In this document: positions 30,007-32,000 of the stretch, piece by piece
Numbering within the stretch: position 1 is the first letter of the stretch
Layout: each line of letters starts with the position of its first letter
Assembly (NCBI RefSeq): GCF_014280175.1
Contig: NZ_CP047931.1
Span: 2,309,587 to 2,341,586, forward strand
From: Synechococcus sp. A15-28
Lineage (GTDB): Bacteria; Cyanobacteriota; Cyanobacteriia; PCC-6307; Cyanobiaceae
Reading direction: 5' to 3'
Length of the DNA stretch: 32,000 nucleotides
Translations under genes and position numbers: made by a program
Notes under the pieces: generated by a model
Seen by the model: the letters and a program-made list of their open reading frames with translations, nothing else
Told to the model about the DNA's origin: nothing
Database searches by the model: none

Positions 30007-30594
30007 GTGATGCCTTCCTACCGAACCCGTCGGTGCCGCATGATCGCAGTTGCTGGAAGCTGCGGTATCGGGCTCACGGCCCTGACGAGCCCAGTTCTTG
30101 CCGCCAGGGATGTTGCCCTGGTCAGCGGGGCATTCCGGCGGTCGATTCCGGTGAAAGACATCGAGCATCTCGCCGACACCGGTGAAGCGAGGGGATTGCT
30201 GGAACAGCTGCTCGCTCTCTCCAAGCAAGATCCGGAGAACGTTGCCAAGCTCCTCAACCAGAAACTTGATCTGCCCCTGGTCCTCACCAGCCGTCTGATC
30301 AACACTCGGATTGGTGAGGCGATCATCCGCCGGGTGGGACAGATTATCTATCCGATCTACACACCCCAACCGGACGTCAGCGTTCCGGCCTTACGGGCTG
30401 GTGTCATCAACGGACTCCACAACAGCAGCGATGGACTGACCGCCGTGGATTTCCTCAAGGCTTACCCAAACGAGGTGTTGGCCGTGAATCTTCCGGCCCT
30501 GTTCTCGGTGATCGAGAAGGCCCAATCCATTTCCGGCCTGGTGCAGTTCTTCTCCGATTCACCCCTGGACGGCCTCAAGGAAGCCAAGCCCTGA
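30007..30594 (+). CDS. DUF1400-like secreted protein (stand-alone domain)
   Basis: 195 aa with a signal peptide (GIGLTALTSPVLA). The body resembles the DUF1400 domain seen N-terminal to cyanobacterial alpha/beta hydrolases (SIPVKDIEHLADTGEARGLLEQLL). No catalytic domain is present. Confidence 0.5.
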   Translation: MMPSYRTRRCRMIAVAGSCGIGLTALTSPVLAARDVALVSGAFRRSIPVKDIEHLADTGEARGLLEQLLALSKQDPENVAKLLNQKLDLPLVLTSRLINTRIGEAIIRRVGQIIYPIYTPQPDVSVPALRAGVINGLHNSSDGLTAVDFLKAYPNEVLAVNLPALFSVIEKAQSISGLVQFFSDSPLDGLKEAKP

Positions 30595-30630
30595 ACCTCG
30601 TAGATTTCGCCTGATTCCAAGCAGCATCCG

Positions 30631-31737
30631 GTGTCCCTGTTCCAGAACCTCCGTCGGCGCTTTGCGGCTACTCCTGTGATGCAGGACTGGCCCGGTCTGA
30701 TCGAGGCCTACAGAGCCTGGTTACCGGTGACCTCCACCACTCCGGTGATCACCCTCAGGGAAGGAGCAACCCCACTCATCCCTGTGCCGGCGATCCAGGA
30801 ACGGATCGGCAAGGGAGTGAAGGTGTATGTCAAATACGATGGCCTCAATCCCACTGGATCCTTCAAGGATCGGGGGATGACCATGGCCATCAGCAAGGCC
30901 AAGGAAGCCGGCTGTGAAGCCGTGATCTGCGCCAGCACCGGCAACACCAGTGCCGCTGCCGCGGCCTATGCCCGTCGTGGCGGCATGAGGGCCTTCGTCC
31001 TGATCCCCGACGGTTACGTCGCCCAGGGAAAACTCGCTCAAGCCCTCGTCTACGGCGCTGAGGTGCTGGCCATCCGCGGCAATTTCGACCGCGCTCTGGA
31101 CATCGTCCGCGAAGCCGCGGAGAAATACCCCGTGACGCTGGTCAACTCGGTGAACCCCTACCGACTGCAGGGCCAGAAAACAGCCGCTTTCGAAATCGTC
31201 GATGCCCTCGGTGATGCTCCGGACTGGCTCTGCATTCCCATGGGCAATGCCGGCAACATCACCGCCTATTGGATGGGCTTCCAGGAATACCAACAGGCCG
31301 GTCACAGCCGCACCCTTCCGCGAATGATGGGGTTCCAGGCCAGCGGTTCCGCCCCTCTGGTCAACGACACCACCGTGAGCGATCCGGACACCATTGCAAC
31401 GGCCATCCGCATCGGTAATCCGGTGAACCGGGCCAAAGCCATCGCCGCCCGTCAAGCCAGCAACGGCGCTTTCCTGGATGTGACGGATGCAGAAATCATC
31501 GAGGCCTACAAGCTCCTGGGTGGCCAGGAAGGCATCTTCTGCGAACCCGCCAGTGCGGCTTCCGTCGCCGGTCTGCTGAAGCGAAAAGATGAGGTCCCGG
31601 CGGGAGCGACCGTGGTCTGCGTCCTCACCGGCAATGGCCTGAAGGATCCGGACTGCGCGATCAACAACAACGACGCCTCCTTCCACACGGACCTGAACCC
31701 CGATCTGACCACGGTGGCTGGCGTCATGGGTTTCTGA
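30631..31737 (+). CDS. thrC: threonine synthase
   Basis: 368 aa from the GTG at 30631; an alternative ATG lies at 30679. It has the PLP-lysine motif GSFKDRGMT and PMGNAGNITA, and is ThrC-like throughout. Confidence 0.93.
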   Translation: MSLFQNLRRRFAATPVMQDWPGLIEAYRAWLPVTSTTPVITLREGATPLIPVPAIQERIGKGVKVYVKYDGLNPTGSFKDRGMTMAISKAKEAGCEAVICASTGNTSAAAAAYARRGGMRAFVLIPDGYVAQGKLAQALVYGAEVLAIRGNFDRALDIVREAAEKYPVTLVNSVNPYRLQGQKTAAFEIVDALGDAPDWLCIPMGNAGNITAYWMGFQEYQQAGHSRTLPRMMGFQASGSAPLVNDTTVSDPDTIATAIRIGNPVNRAKAIAARQASNGAFLDVTDAEIIEAYKLLGGQEGIFCEPASAASVAGLLKRKDEVPAGATVVCVLTGNGLKDPDCAINNNDASFHTDLNPDLTTVAGVMGF

Positions 31738-31761
31738 ATCGTGATCTTCACGCCCTCGATG

Positions 31762-31786
31762 GCCCCCCTGCAGGGGGGCTTTTTTT
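31762..31786 (+). terminator. intrinsic terminator of thrC
   Basis: GCCCCCC (31762..31768), loop TGCA, GGGGGGC (31773..31779), then seven T (31780..31786). It begins 25 nt after the thrC stop. Confidence 0.85.
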
Positions 31787-31853
31787 GCATCAGAAGCGCA
31801 GACCAACCCACAAAGTGGCTGGGGAGGACCGTTGAAAAGTTGTTCAACAACAT

Positions 31854-31961
31854 GGGGAAACAACAGCCGAACCCGGGCTCGAAAGCCACGCCGCTCTCTC
31901 CACAACCAGTGAAGAAGTGGAAAACAGGCTTTCTCTCCACAGCGGCCGATTTGTCTTCCCC
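31854..31961. ncRNA. candidate structured RNA element (sRNA or 5' leader), class unknown
   Basis: The arm GGGGAAACAACAGCCG (31854..31869) pairs with CGGCCGATTTGTCTTCCCC (31943..31961), about 16 bp with small bulges. This helix encloses a GGCT-CGAA-AGCC hairpin (31875..31886) and a perfect 10-nt direct repeat TCTCTCCACA (31895..31904 and 31932..31941) flanking a complementary GTGGA (31917..31921). The region lies after a terminator and has no convincing ORF. Confidence 0.25.
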
Positions 31962-32000
31962 AAGCAAATGCTGATCTCAGCCGAGGCCACGTCTGGAAAG

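Noticed and set aside
31741-31974. 77-aa ORF immediately after thrC, including the internal 40-codon ORF from the ATG at 31852
   Set aside because: The ORF reads straight through the thrC terminator hairpin and T-tract. It has no Shine-Dalgarno sequence and an odd composition. The region is better explained as structured RNA. A short leader peptide from 31852 cannot be excluded.
1-32000. The idea that the window is an accessory, defence or mobile island containing a novel system
   Set aside because: Nearly every ORF has a clear housekeeping or cyanobacterial-core identity. Composition is uniform apart from short intergenic stretches. I found no integrase, transposase, tRNA attachment site, repeat array, toxin-antitoxin pair, restriction-modification gene, nuclease/helicase/NTPase cluster or phage gene. 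The unassigned genes are short and isolated.

Overview
This window reads as ordinary core chromosome of a GC-rich (about 60%) picocyanobacterium, probably marine Synechococcus or Cyanobium; that assignment is inferred from gene content (PsbQ, a Tic20-like protein, DUF3134, DUF1400, sucrose-phosphate synthase). It is densely packed with about 29 protein-coding genes. Most are housekeeping genes identifiable from the translations: DAHP synthase (partial), acnB, a ClC channel, a radical-SAM protein, an O-antigen-ligase/IctB-like protein, purU, psbQ, a thiO-like oxidase, pstS, dnaK, aroE, a Tic20-like protein, rpsF, argG, mraY, purT, sucrose-phosphate synthase, a DUF1400 hydrolase, uvrA, recN, an ABC1 kinase, a second DUF1400 protein and thrC. 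I found no rRNA, tRNA, CRISPR array, transposase, integrase, phage gene or recognisable defence gene. I do not see a novel multi-gene system here and will not claim one. The points worth a second look are local. (1) A pstS-family gene is split by one in-frame TAA. (2) The FAD-binding motif of the thiO-like oxidase lies upstream of any ATG, GTG or TTG, which leaves a CTG overlapping the psbQ stop as the only start candidate. (3) An untracked 52-codon membrane ORF is chained by overlapping stop and start codons between a small hypothetical gene and purT. (4) A 108-nt element closed by a long helix, containing a perfect 10-nt direct repeat, lies in the non-coding tail after the thrC terminator and may be an sRNA or a leader. 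(5) The region upstream of sps is AT-rich and carries inverted repeats. (6) Two DUF1400 genes lie at the outer ends of a divergent recN-uvrA / ABC1-kinase pair. (7) Several convergent gene pairs overlap at their 3' ends. All calls come from reading the translations and the sequence by eye; no database search was run.
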